In this document: piece by piece, positions 26,198 through 38,665 of the stretch
How the letters are laid out: each line of letters opens with the position of its first letter
Position numbering within the stretch: the first letter of the stretch is position 1
NCBI RefSeq assembly: GCF_006345805.1
Contig: NC_043006.1
Span: forward strand, 22,630,001-22,694,000
Length of the DNA: 64,000 nucleotides
From: Octopus sinensis
Taxonomy: Eukaryota
Reading direction: 5' to 3'
The notes under the pieces: generated by a model
Told to the model about the DNA's origin: nothing
Seen by the model: only the letters and a program-made list of their open reading frames with translations
Database searches by the model: none
Program-made: the position numbers and the translations under genes

Positions 26198-26837
26198 CAT
26201 TATTATTATTATTGTTGTTATTGTTCAGGTCACTGCTTGGAATCAAACTCAGAATCTTGAGCGCGGGGCCACTAACCCTCACCTCCCCATTCCTACTATC
26301 AATTTATCTTGACTGACCACTAACTGGTACACTTTTCCTCTCTTCATGTCTTTACTATCTCTCTCCTTGCTTTTCTTTTTTCTTTTTTTTTCTTTATTCC
26401 TCTCTTCCTGTTTTTGATTTGACCTTACATTCCCTACTTTTAGGTCACTTTAAATAAACCCTCAATTCAGTAGCACTGTGTACAAACTCTATACTTGGAA
26501 TGACCAATTTTAAATACTATTGGAATTTACTCACAAGGTATTGGAATCTTATATGTATACCATTCTACCTAAATAATGGATCTACAAATGCAATATGCCT
26601 GCGTATCTCACATCTATTTTCACTCCTCCACTTCACTCTCTATTTCATATTTTATCTAAATTAACTATTGCTTAACCATTTTCTCACACCATCTCCAATG
26701 AAGGGTATATAAAATATCCTGGAAGCAGCTGTAAGACCTTCTATTTATAAATGTTCTAAATTCATCACAGCCTTGGTTTTTTATCGCATTCTGAAAAAAT
26801 TTCTTTTTATATACACACACACACACATATATACATA

Positions 26838-26896
<59 letters not shown>

Positions 26897-26929
26897 TATA
26901 TATATATATATATAAATATATGTTTGTTG

Positions 26930-27780
26930 AAATGGAAAGATGAATTTTCTTGTTACAGATTATTCAAAAGTTTAACCGATACCTGGGTAGCAAAAATCAC
27001 AGCAGAAAAAAACACGGTTGGAGATAAGACCATTTGTGTTGCAACCGTGCGTTGGTGCGGATAATTGAAGTTTAATATAATTAGTGAATGGAAGAAATGG
27101 AGTTGAACGAAGATTGTACAGAATTCCTTTTATTACATTCTACACATGTTTCAAAGGCCACAATTTTCCAAATTCTGATTAAATAAGGATACCATATTGC
27201 AGCTTTCTCTTCAGGAAAAACCAGGAATTACGTTGTCAGAACAAAACAAAACAGAGGCGCAGCAAAGCAATTCGAACAAGGACGCTCCTTAAGAGCCCAT
27301 GGATAAACTGTTTATCAGTGTACGTTGAAATTGGGGGGTTGGTAGGGGCCGACAAAAGGTCCGTTGGAATACTTACAGGTCAGGCCGCGGTCAAATCTAG
27401 TAGGTGAGGAATTACTGAGAACAAGGGGTGTGGAGATGTTCTGTGTGACCAAAACTAATGTTCTGAATATTTAAAGAATACAGGGTGTATTTTCTAGGGG
27501 CGAGACAAAACCTACCTAAAAGCATGTATGTGTATACTAGCCTATGTGAGCGCCCCCGTATGTTGGCGAGGGGCGCTAGATAATGATCACTGCTGAAAAA
27601 AAGCCTGTCAGGCGGCTGAAAAAATTCTGTGTTCGTGTGTTCGTCTGTGGCCTGCTTGTCTAAAAATTAACATCGTCAAAGAATCATAAGGGTATATAAT
27701 TCCAGCGTTTGCTTATAAAAAAAAAAAAAAAAACGACCAATCGCCTAAGGGGAGTAATTTCCCCTTGCAAGAGTTATTCA
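26930..27780 (-). mobile_element. Penelope-like pseudo-LTR / 3' region next to (TA)n
   Basis: Remnant GIIYPY of a GIY-YIG C-terminus near 27700, hammerhead motif at 27138-27217, homologous to 45840-46200. Confidence 0.6.
27138..27217 (-). ncRNA. Hammerhead ribozyme motif
   Basis: ttc-CTGAAGA-gaaag...cttt-GAAA-catgtg-T-A-gaa: 3-bp stem I, GUA triplet. Confidence 0.6.
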
Positions 27781-28112
27781 GAGATTTTTTTTAAAAGTTT
27801 TTTCAAAAATTATTTCCAAAAATTATTTTCATTTTAATAGGGTAACAAGGTGTTAATTGTCTTAGGTGTCATTTATCTTACATAAAAACACCATCCGAGC
27901 GTGGCCGTTCGCCAGCCTCGTCTGGCACCTGTGTCGGTGGCACATAAAATCACCCACTACACTCTCGGAGTGGTTGGCGTTAGGAAGGGCATCCAGCTGT
28001 AGAAACACTGCCAGATCTGACTGGCCTGGTGCAGCCTTCGGGCTCCCCAGACCCCAGTTGAACCGTCCAACCCATGCTAGCATGGAAAGCGGACGTTAAA
28101 GGATGATGATGA

Positions 28113-28160
<48 letters not shown>

Positions 28161-28164
<4 letters not shown>

Positions 28165-29572
28165 GTTGGCAACTAAATTCCTGCCGTTTTTTAAAATTTA
28201 AATTTCTAAAACAGTTTAATAAAAAATAACAACTAATTAATCAATAATGTATTCACCCTTGTTGTTTACAACTTCTTCCCAACGTTCAACAAGATTTTCT
28301 TTACCTCATTGGTAGAAATCACCCAATTTCAACTCGAAAAATTGATCCAACCAAGCGCTCAATTCTGCATCAGTATTGAACAAAACTCTGCGCATAGCAT
28401 ATGAAAGAGATCGAAAGAGGTGGAAATCCGTTGCTGCCAAATCAGGAGAGTGTGGTGGGTGTGGCGGCACTTCACAGCAATGCGTTTGAATGGCTTCCTT
28501 GGTCATATTGGCGTTATGAGGGCAGGCGTTGTTGTGCAGCAGAAGAACTCCATGCTACCAATTAGGTCTTTTCTCTTGAACAGCCATGTTGACTCATTCC
28601 ATCTGTTGACCATAGATTTCCATGTTGACCATTTGGTTCCATTCAAGTAATTCATAATGAATAATTGCTTCCCAGTCCCACCATACGCACAACATTGTTT
28701 TACGCGGATGAAGACCTTGTTTCACATGCGGTGTCGCTTGTTTACCGGGGCAAAGCCATTCCTTACGCTGCTTCCTATTCATGTACAGGCAGCATTTTTC
28801 ATCGTCAGTAATGATTCGGTAAAGAAATTGTCACTTGTGTCTATGAGTTAAGTGGTGACGAGCAAGCAAACCAGCAGAGATTGTGGCTCGTTGACTTTTG
28901 TTGTTATCACTTAAAGCAAGCGGAACCCATGCTCCATACTTCTGAACCTTTCCCATCGAGTGAAGATGCTTCTCTATAGCAGTGTGGGAACATTTCATTT
29001 TCTCTGCCAGTTCCCTTGTCTGTATTGTGGGTGACGGATTTGCTCTTTGTGAATGGTGATTCTTTGACGGAGCAAAATTCCTGTTTGTCCCATATAGAGT
29101 TTACCACATCCTATGCATGTCATGACATAGATTACATAGATGCAAATTTTCATGCAAAAGTTGGTTTAATCTCTCTTCATCAAACTCAACTGGATGGCCA
29201 GAATGAGGAGCGTCTTTGAGGTCAAAATTTCCATTTTTGAACTTGGCATACTAATCACAAGTGGTTCTTTCTGCTATGGCACCCTCTCCATACACAGCAC
29301 AAATGTCGCGAGCAACTTTTGTGACCTTAGAACCTTGATTAAAAGCAAAAAGAAGGAGATGTTGAAAATGCTTGTTTATTTTTTACTTGACATTCCATTT
29401 TAATGATCTGAAAGTAAACAAAAATTAACTAAAATTAACTAGAAAAAAAAAACAAAATAGATTCCGAAATGATTCAAAAATAGAATTCTCGAAAAAAATA
29501 GATTCTAAAATTTAAAAATGCAATAAATTCCAAAATTTAAAAAAACCGGCAGGAACTTAGTTGCCAACCCAA
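28161..29572 (-). mobile_element. Near full-length degenerate mariner element inserted in (TA)n
   Basis: TIRs ttgggttggcaactaa.ttcctgcc / ggcaggaacttagttgccaacccaa. Transposase remnants HLLLFAFNQG, WVP, LHPRKTMLCVWWD, PHSPDLAATDFHLF, with stops and frameshifts. Confidence 0.92.
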
Positions 29573-29581
29573 TATATATAC

Positions 29582-29685
<104 letters not shown>

Positions 29686-30370
29686 TTATTTATATATATA
29701 TATATTTATTTATATATATATATATGTATATATGTATACAGACAGTTAAAGGTGAGTGAACACATAGTAAGATGTGCCAGGAATCTCAATCCCAATTTCC
29801 AAATATTTCCCTTTTACCAATGTTCACAGAACACCACAATGCAACAAAGGTTGAATAAAGAGAAATTTTTCATCAATAAATTTCTCTCCCAACTAAATAT
29901 GAACACACAACTCAATACAGAACACCACTAACTCTTCAATTGAAACCACTAAACCCTATACACTTACTACACCACTAGTAGAAATATGTTACGAAAAGAA
30001 AATATAAAATACACGTGGAAATGTAAGGGTAAAATATGAAAAATCAACGAAAATGCATATTGCAAATAGAAAAAGGCTATTTATAACAGGTAACGACAAA
30101 TATATACATTTAGATTGTCTGAGGTAGTAATACGAGTCATAAAAGTCATTATTATGAGATGATAATAAGATGATAATAAAGTAAGAAAACAAAACGAACC
30201 AATGGTTTACGCAAAGCTAATCATCGTTTGAACAACACCGGTTAATACACGGTGTCAGGTCTAATAGTTCCTGAGAAAAAAGATTATTTGTAAGGGAGGT
30301 AAGTAGTTCTGGATTTAGAGATGTGAGTGGTGTAGTAAGTGTATAGGGTTTAGTGGTTTCAATTGAAGAG

Positions 30371-31564
30371 TTAGTGTTGTTCTGTATTGAGTTGTGTGTT
30401 CATATTTAGTTGGGGGAGAAATTTATTGATGAAAAATTCCTCTTTATTCAACCTTTGTTGCATTGTGGTGTTCTGTGAACATTGGTAAAAGGGAAATATT
30501 TGGAAATTGGGATTGAGATTCCTGGCACATCTTTCTATGTGTTCACTCACCTTTAACTGTCTGTATTGTGGGTGACGGATTTGCTCTTTGTGAATGGTGA
30601 TTCTTTGACGGAGCAAAATTCCTGTTTGTCCAATATAGAGTTTACCACATCCTATGCATGTCATGACATAGATTACATTTGCTGAGGCGCAGGTGAAATT
30701 TGATTTGATCTTCAATATTTCTCCTTGTTTGAATTGGAATTCTGAACCCTCCAGAAGGTGGGGGCATGTTCCACGGTTAGAACGTCCACATTTTGTCACT
30801 TTTGGCTCTGTTGTTAGTGGGTAAAGTCTAGCGCTGGTTAATATTTTTTTCAGTGACTTCAGTTGCTTTTTGCTTTTTATAATCTTATATGAGCTTAAAA
30901 TTTCGTTCACTGTTTTGTCTGCTGTGAGGATGGGAAGGTTTTGGGTGATGATGTTGAAGGCTTCGTTGTTTCTGGGGTTATGTGTGGAGATGTACGGGAG
31001 TATTTTTAAGTCTTGTTTAGTATTTCGGCTAGTTTTACTTAACCTTTGTATATCTATTTCCTTAGCTCTTTTGATGCCTTCATTTACTAATGGGATTGGG
31101 TAATGTCTTTTAGTTAGTGTAGATCTAAGTTCAAGGAGTCTATGTTCTCGAGTGTATGTATCGGAAACTATGGTGCAGATTCTTTTTGCTAGGTTAAACG
31201 GTATGTTGATTTTTATGTGTTTGGGGTGGCAGGAATTAAATAATAGGTATTGTTTAGAATCTGTGGGTTTATAAAAGATGTCTGTTTCTATGTGGTTGTT
31301 AACTATTCTAATTAAGATGTCTAGAAAAGGGAGTTGCTTACTGTTGTGTTCCATAGTGAATTGTATATTGCTGTGTATGTTGTTGAGCATTCTTTTGAAA
31401 TCAAGGAGTTGATCCATGCTATCTTGCCAAAGTATGAAGCAATCATCTAAATATCTCTTCCAGTTCTCCTTTAAGTAGCAATTAAAAGAGGCACCATATT
31501 TTTCTAGTGATAATTGGTATAACTTAAGTTCATGGTAACCCATTACGAGGTTTGCAATCACTGT

Positions 31565-31570
<6 letters not shown>
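30371..31570 (-). mobile_element. Penelope-like element, 5'-truncated ORF (RT C-terminal half + GIY-YIG endonuclease)
   Basis: ANLVMGY, WKRYLDDCF, YKPTDSKQYL...SCHP, NVIYVMTCIGCGKLYIGQTG..R...H. Truncated at a (TA)n tract. Confidence 0.92.
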
Positions 31571-31606
<36 letters not shown>

Positions 31607-31625
31607 CTTTATATAATTAGGGTTC

Positions 31626-32131
31626 AGCAAAAAAAATTGCTTTACCACACACTGAACTTTTAGAAATAGCAGCCAAAGAATTTATCTATTTCCACTACTA
31701 TAAAAAGAGTCTCCCAGACAATGTATACTCAAAAACTCACGTGGGTGGACAGGGGAAGATACAGAGCCTCATTCGTATATTTTGAATTCGTTGGTACTAG
31801 ATGTCGAGGATGGTTTGTCTGTTACTCAAATCAGACGGGTATGTTCGATTTTTAGTGCTCTCAAATTTAAATTTAATGAAATCTTGTGCTGATGACGGGA
31901 ATGTTTGAATAGGGATGTATTTCTAGCATCTCTATGTCTAACTAACCCAGAAACGCGTTCACAAGTAATCTAATTTTCAAGTGAACTTTCGTTATTTTTC
32001 CCTCTATGCCTACATGAATTGTTTTTGAGTATACATTGTCTGGGAGACTCTTTTTATAGTAGAGGAAATAGCTAAATTCTTTGGCTGCTATTTCTAAAAG
32101 TTCGGTGTGTGGTAAAGCAATGTTTTTTGCT
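31626..32131. mobile_element. Non-coding element with 111-bp inverted arms and a central hammerhead motif (PLE-derived)
   Basis: Arms 31626-31736 and 32021-32131 are near-perfect reverse complements; (TA)n on both sides. Confidence 0.75.
31883..31965 (+). ncRNA. Type I hammerhead ribozyme motif
   Basis: Stem I cttgtg/cacaag (6 bp), CTGATGA, extended stem II (ggg/ccc and tagggatg/catctcta), GAAA, palindromic stem III ACGCGT, cleavage triplet GUU. First stem II position is a C-A mismatch. Confidence 0.75.
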
Positions 32132-32572
32132 TATATATATATATACACACACACACACATACACACGTGCGCGCCCACACACACACACACATATACGACA
32201 GGCTTTTTTCAGTTTCTAACCACCAAATCCACTCACAAGGCTTTGGTTAGCCCAAGGCTACAGTAGAAGACACTTGCCCATAGTACCATGTACTGGAACC
32301 GAATCTAGAACTATATGGTTGAGAAACAAACTTCTTACCACACAGTCACTTTTTACTTAAGTACCATTCTGAAGTAAGTCACACTCTACCAAAATATTAC
32401 CATGCCCTGACTTGAGAATCACTGGTCCAAAGGAAAAGCATGGATGACAGTTTGAATGCTTGCAACCAAGTGAACTCTGCTAAGAACATGTGGACCAATT
32501 GAAGAGAGGAAGCAGAAAAAAAATTGGCTAAAAATTTTTAAAAAAATAACAGATGAATTTCTTCAAATATAC

Positions 32573-32824
32573 CTGTGTAACAAAGAATGGTTGATCTTCA
32601 GTATTCTTAGGCAGGGCTTTGTCTGAAGTTGGTGATTTTGTTTGACTATCTTCAATGACAAGTGGTGGATATTCTTCGAGCGAGACAGTTTTGCTCTTCT
32701 CCTCACTAGATTCTGTTTTAAAACAGCCCTTTCTAAATGGTCGTTCCCATGAAGGTTGGGCATCTTCAATTGCCATCAACTTTTCCACAGGTACTTTGGG
32801 AACCTTTCGAACGACAGATTTAAC
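32573..32824 (-). CDS. XRRA1: XRRA1-like exon (252 nt, phase 0 to 0)
   Basis: Acceptor ttgtcttcatag|GTT and donor CAG|gtatat. Encodes VKSVVRKVPKVPVEKLM...QPFFVTQ (cf. XRRA1 VKSEIPKVPKQPL...SIFLTQ). Confidence 0.9.
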
Positions 32825-34301
32825 CTATGAAGACAAAGAAAACAAAAGCAAAATATAAATTCCATAAGAATGCATATTTCATGACAAACATATATGGAAT
32901 TATCAGTACTTTTACTTCCAGATATTAAGTTTAATTGAGGATTCAATAATGTGATTCTTTTTTTAGCCAGCTCTTTTTTTTTATCTTTTAGTCAAGAAGT
33001 AAGGCTGTACTCTGACCCTTGACCCTTTACAGGGCATCTGAGACAAATGGAAGGGAAAGAAGAAGGTATCCTCTAATAAGAAACCCGACCCAAATGCTAG
33101 CAAAAGAGTCGACTCTGCTAAAGGTAATCAAGTTGCATGCAGGTGGTGTTCTGCCAGATGCCCTTCCTGACACTGACCCTTGTCTGTTTCCAAGTAAGGT
33201 AATATTCCCCCCTTGGCCAGACATGTATTCATGGGAAATTGGAAATAACGGACACCACTTGCATAACGGTAACACTCATTTTACAACTACTGCATGATGC
33301 CAGGGCAAGGAGAAAATGTTTGTTCCTTCTCGAGTCATGCCTGGCTCATAAGGGCTGGTTTCCTGGTTTTCTTGGCATATAGGTTCTCCGCCTGGATGGG
33401 ACACCGGTCCGTTGCAGGTGAGCTGCAAGATGCAGGAGGAAAGAGTGAGAGAATGTTGTGGCGAAAGAGTCAGCAAAAGTTCGCCATTACCTTCTGCCGG
33501 ATCTGCATGGAGCTTAAGTGTTTTGCTCATAAACACACACATCGCCTGGTCTGAGATTCGAACCCGCGATCCCTTGACTGCAAGTCCATTGCTCTAACCA
33601 CTAGGCCATGTGCTTCCAAGGAGACAACAGCACACACACACAGATACACATGAAGCCACAGCCATAAGCTTTCTGAATATAGTTTACCATTACTGATCTC
33701 TATTTTACTAATGTCAATTTATCATGGCAAGAATCAGTACATGGTGACATGTTTGTTTTGATAATCATCTAAGATGCATGCCAAGAAAAATTCTCAGTGG
33801 CGTTTCGTCCGTCTTTACATTCTGAGTTCAAGTTCTGCTAAGGTTGACTTTGCTTTTCATCCTTTCGGGGTCAATAAAAATAAGTACCAGTCAAGTATTG
33901 GGGTCACTGTTATTGACTTATCCCATCCCTTGAAATTGCAGGCCATGGGCCAAAATTTGAAATCAATGAAAATATGAGGAACTAAAAAGGTGGTGAGCTG
34001 GCAGAATTGTTACCATGCCAGGCAAAATGCTCAGCGACATATCCACTTTCATGTTCTGAGTTCAAATTCCACCCAGGTCGACTTTGCCTGTCATCCTTTA
34101 GGCGTGGATAAAATGAGTACCAGTTGAGTACTGAGGTCGATGTGATTGACTTATCCCTTCCCCTAAATTGATGACCTTGAGCCAAAATCTGAAATCAATA
34201 TGAAGAGTCAATATGGTGAGCTGACTGAACCGTTTGCATGCCAGGCAAAATGGCTAGCAGCATTACATCTGTCTTTGCCTTCTGAGTTCAAATTCCACCA
34301 A

Positions 34302-34337
<36 letters not shown>

Positions 34338-35270
34338 CCCCTGCTGTGTGAGCAACTGGTTGTTTTATGGTGGAACAAACGGGAATTCCATTAGAAAAGT
34401 TTTAATTGATTTTCTCGGTAACTATGGGAGCTAGGATAAAAAATACAAACTGCATTCCAATGTATGCATCCGTCTCTACATGTGTGCCATTTTTTACACA
34501 AATCCACTCAACCGTTTGGCTGTGAACCTCAAGACAATAAAGAATACAACGATCGGCCATGAATAATTTATATTATAGATTCCCCACCTGTACGGGACGC
34601 TGGGCCATCACAGGATTACTTAGTTTTGCTGGCTGAGAGGATCAGCACAATGTAAAATAAAGTGTTTTGCTCAAGGACACAATGCATCACCCGGTCCAAG
34701 AATCGAAACCACAATCTTATGATTATGTGTCCAACACCCTAACCACTAAGCCATGTGCCTCCACACAAGAGTCAAAGGAGAGTAATTAATGGTGGTGCGT
34801 AGTGAGATGTTTCATTCTTGTTGTGTGGCACCTTGAGCACTACAGCTTCGAGTCAACCAAAGCCTTGAGTGGATTTGGTTGATGGAAACTGAAAGAAGCC
34901 CATCATACATGTGTGTGTGTGTGTGTGTGTGTGTTTGTCATATTTGTGTCTGTGTTTGTCCATTTCCACTACATGATAATCGATGTTGGTTTGTTTACAT
35001 CCCCATAACTTAGTGGTTCAACAAAAGAATCGATAAGTACTGGCATCAATTTGTTCAAACCCATCGAGGCAATGCCCCCACATGGCCACAGTCCAATGAC
35101 TAAAGCAAGTAAAAGATAATAAAACATAAGATGTGTTCAAGTGATGGAGTCCTACCTCAAAGAAGAGAATATGAGAAGACAGTTCAATACAAGAATAGGT
35201 GTTTGGGTTAGCAAGAAGACGGTGATAGGAAGGGAAGTAAAGTAAGGGCTGAAGAAGAAATAAAACTTAC

Positions 35271-35331
35271 TTTCCGTGAATTATTAACCTGTATCTCGAG
35301 GTGACGTTGATCCTGGTCATGGAGAGGTTTA
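35271..35331 (-). CDS. XRRA1: XRRA1-like small exon (61 nt, phase 2 to 0), not in the ORF track
   Basis: Acceptor tactttgctatag|T and donor AAA|gtaagt. Encodes (C)KPLHDQDQRHLEIQVNNSRK and exactly bridges the phases of the flanking exons. Confidence 0.85.
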
Positions 35332-36448
35332 CTATAGCAAAGTAAAACAGCAATATGAGTGTATTTAAAAAAAAAAATTCACAATCTGATTGGATCATCA
35401 ACATCATCATCGTTTAACATCTGCTTTCCATGCTGGCATGGGCTGGACGGTTTGACTGAAAACTACTAAGTCAGTGGGCTGCACCTGGTTCCAATGGGAT
35501 TTGACAAGGTTTCTAACTCAGATCAGATGGAAAATATATATTGTCCTCTGTATGTAAATACATATGCACAAAAAGCATTACAAACACTCACTCACACATA
35601 CACACACACACACACACCCATCCATCTCTCTCTTTCTCTCTCTCTCTCTCTATTTTGGAGAGGCACAAGCACCTACACGCACATATACACACACGGCAGT
35701 AACCTCCGCCTGCCGAATTCAATCACAAAGCTTCGGTCGGCTCGGGACTATAGCGGAAGACACCTACCCAAAGTGCCATGCAGTGGGACCGAACCCGAAA
35801 CCATGTAGCTATGAAGCTCTCTCTCTCTATATATATGTATATATACATCTAGCCATCTATCTACCTCTATATCTATCCATCTTTCTCTCTTTCTCTTTCT
35901 CTCTCTCTCTCTGTATACATATATATATATATATTTATGTATTGTTGAAAAATTAAAATATAATTAAGATCCAGTTAAATTAGGTACTTAAATTGAGGCA
36001 CCTTGCTAGTTCAGTATAATCTTCACATCCCAAAACCACTAAGTTACAGAGGCATAAACACACAAACACTAGTTGTAAAGCGGTGATGGTAGGAACAAAC
36101 ACAGACACAAAGACACATATACATAGATATATACATGACAGGCTCTTTCAGTTTCCATCTACCATATCTACTCACAATGCTTTGGTCAGCCCAAGGCTAT
36201 AGTAGAAGACACTCTCCCAAGATGCCACACGGTGGGACTGAACTCAGAACCATCCGGTTGGGAAGCAAGCTTCTTACCATACAGTCACACCTTTCTGTCA
36301 AGGAGTGTAGGCTTGAAACATCAAAGACCTTTCCATTCTTCCCAAGTGTTAAACTAATACACATGCCTGTTGTTCCTTCACCTGTCTTCGTCTTTTGTTT
36401 TCAGTAAATTTGAACTATATATATATATATATGTGTGTGTATTGTGTG

Positions 36449-36482
<34 letters not shown>

Positions 36483-38627
36483 TATAGACAGACAGATAAA
36501 TGGGTGGATGGATGCATGCATGTATAGATAGATAGCTAGATGTAAATATATAATTACATCTATATTGGTCTGTGGTCAAGTAGTCGGAGACCTCTGTTTT
36601 ACATGATATACACAGAGAACCTACAGCATCATCAACAACAGTGAGTTGCCTCATAACTGAAGATGAGACCTCACCACTCTATAACATGTTCAGGAGGAGG
36701 TGAATAGAAGTGACAGCAAAGGAAAGAGAAGAACCAGGATAGGTAGGATGGTGAAAGGCGGCGAGCTGGCAGAAATGTTAGCACGCCGGGCAAAATGCTT
36801 AACAGTATTTCGTCTGCCGTTATGTTCTGAGTTCAAATTCCGCCAAGGTTGACTTTGCCTTTCATCCTTTCGGGGTCGATAAATTAAGTACCAGATACGC
36901 ACTGGGGTCAATATAATCGACTTAATCCGTTTGTCTGTCCTTGTTTGTCCTCTCTGTGTTTAGCCCCTTGTAGGTAGTAAAGAAATAGGTAGGATGATGA
37001 AAGTGAGATGGTAGAAACAAAGTGAATAGAATGAGCAGATAGTATAAGGGCTAGTAAAAGGAGTAGATAAGTGTGATTAAGAGATGTGTTGATATATTGA
37101 AGTACGTATCATGAATTGGGACAGATTTGATTGACTCTACCTCCATGCTAAATTTGTGGCCTCATGCAAATACCAAAAATTAATATTTGCATGTTGTAAT
37201 ACCTGCATATTGTGAGGTGGTACCAAAAATTTTCCAGATTATTACTGTAGTGCACCAACAGATGGCAGCACATGGTTTCAAATTTTGGCATAAGGCCAGC
37301 AAGTTAAGGGGAGTGGGGAAGTCCAACCCCTCCTCAAAGCAGTAGGGTGGTGTAAACAGGCAGTGTCAGAGCTATGCCGTCGGGAACTTCAGTTCCTTGT
37401 AGGGCAACCCAAGGCGGATTGGTCTGGCACCGAACGGTATTAGGGCCGCAGCCTGGCCAATAGGGCTCTGGTGAAAATTCCAAGAGGCGTCTGATCGGCA
37501 ACCGGCGGTTTCGGGGTCGTTCTGTCCCTGCATCTGTGGAGACTCCACAGCAAACAGGGTGCCCCATCACTCAGGATATGGATGCGGGATGTCGGGGACT
37601 GCTTGTGAATTCAATATTCCCACGAAACTTCTATGACCAGAGAAGAAGCCGGCTCAACCCGCCCTGGGTGAACGCCGTCACAAGTATATATAAGCAAGTA
37701 GGAGTGGGGAAGTCAATTACATCAAACTTAGCAGTCAACTGGTATTTATTTTATTGGCCACAAAAAGATAAAAGGTAAAGTTGACCCAGTGAAATTTGAA
37801 TGCAAAGTAGACAGATGAAATACTACTAAGCATTTTATTCAGCATGCTAACATAACAATTCTGCCTGCTCACCACCTTGTCTGCAAGTTACATATTGATA
37901 ATTTTGTTTACAAACAACTCAAATATTGACAATGAAATAGTAGTAGTAGCTACTGTTAGCCAAGTAAATGTACATAGCATATTAGTTAAAGTGTTCAGTT
38001 CGCCATCATACGAGAATAGGTTCAATTCTTGGACCAGGCAGTATGTTGTCTCATTGAGAAAGCCACTTCCTTTCACACAATTCCAAACTACCCAGCATTA
38101 ATGAGAACCAGCTGATCCTCCTGGATATTCTGTTACATCAAAGATGATGGAGATGAGAGATTGTTTCTGTCTGCTCATTACCAAATATTCATTGGAAACA
38201 ATTAGCAAAAGAAAGATACAAGGTGGGTGGGCTGAAAAGTTCCTGGTTTTGGGAACCCAAAAAATACAGGAGGATCACTTAATTATTTTATTTGACATAT
38301 TCCCCTCTTAGACTCACACACTTATTGCAGTGATACTTTCAGTTTTTCTAAGCTCTGTAAAAGAACTTCAAAGGTTGGGCCTACAACCAGGCCTTTTGCA
38401 ATATCCTTAAAGTCAGGAACTTTTCAGTACCCCCTCATATGTGTATGTTTGTGTGTGTGTATCTATTTACATATATATATATATATATATATATTTGCGA
38501 TGGACTGGCGTCCCGTCCAGCTGGGGGGAACACATATGCCATAGAAACTGGCCCCATGAGCCTGGCTAGGCTTGAAAAGGATGAAAGAAAGAAGAATCCT
38601 TTTTTCCCTCCTTGTTTTTTCTGTGTA

Positions 38628-38665
38628 TCTTTCTGTCGAAGAGCGTAGGCTCGAAACGTAAAAGA
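38628..38665 (+). ncRNA. Minimal hammerhead-like motif with variant core CUGUCGA, in a solo PLE 3' fragment
   Basis: tcttt-CTGTCGA-a-gagc(gtag)gctc-GAAA-cg-T-A-aaaga. Confidence 0.5.

Noticed and set aside
26690-26748. Hammerhead-like remnant on the plus strand (ccaatga...ggaagcagctgta)
   Set aside because: Both core segments are mutated; relic only.
36655-36690. CTGAAGA followed by a small hairpin
   Set aside because: No GAAA or stem I partner downstream.
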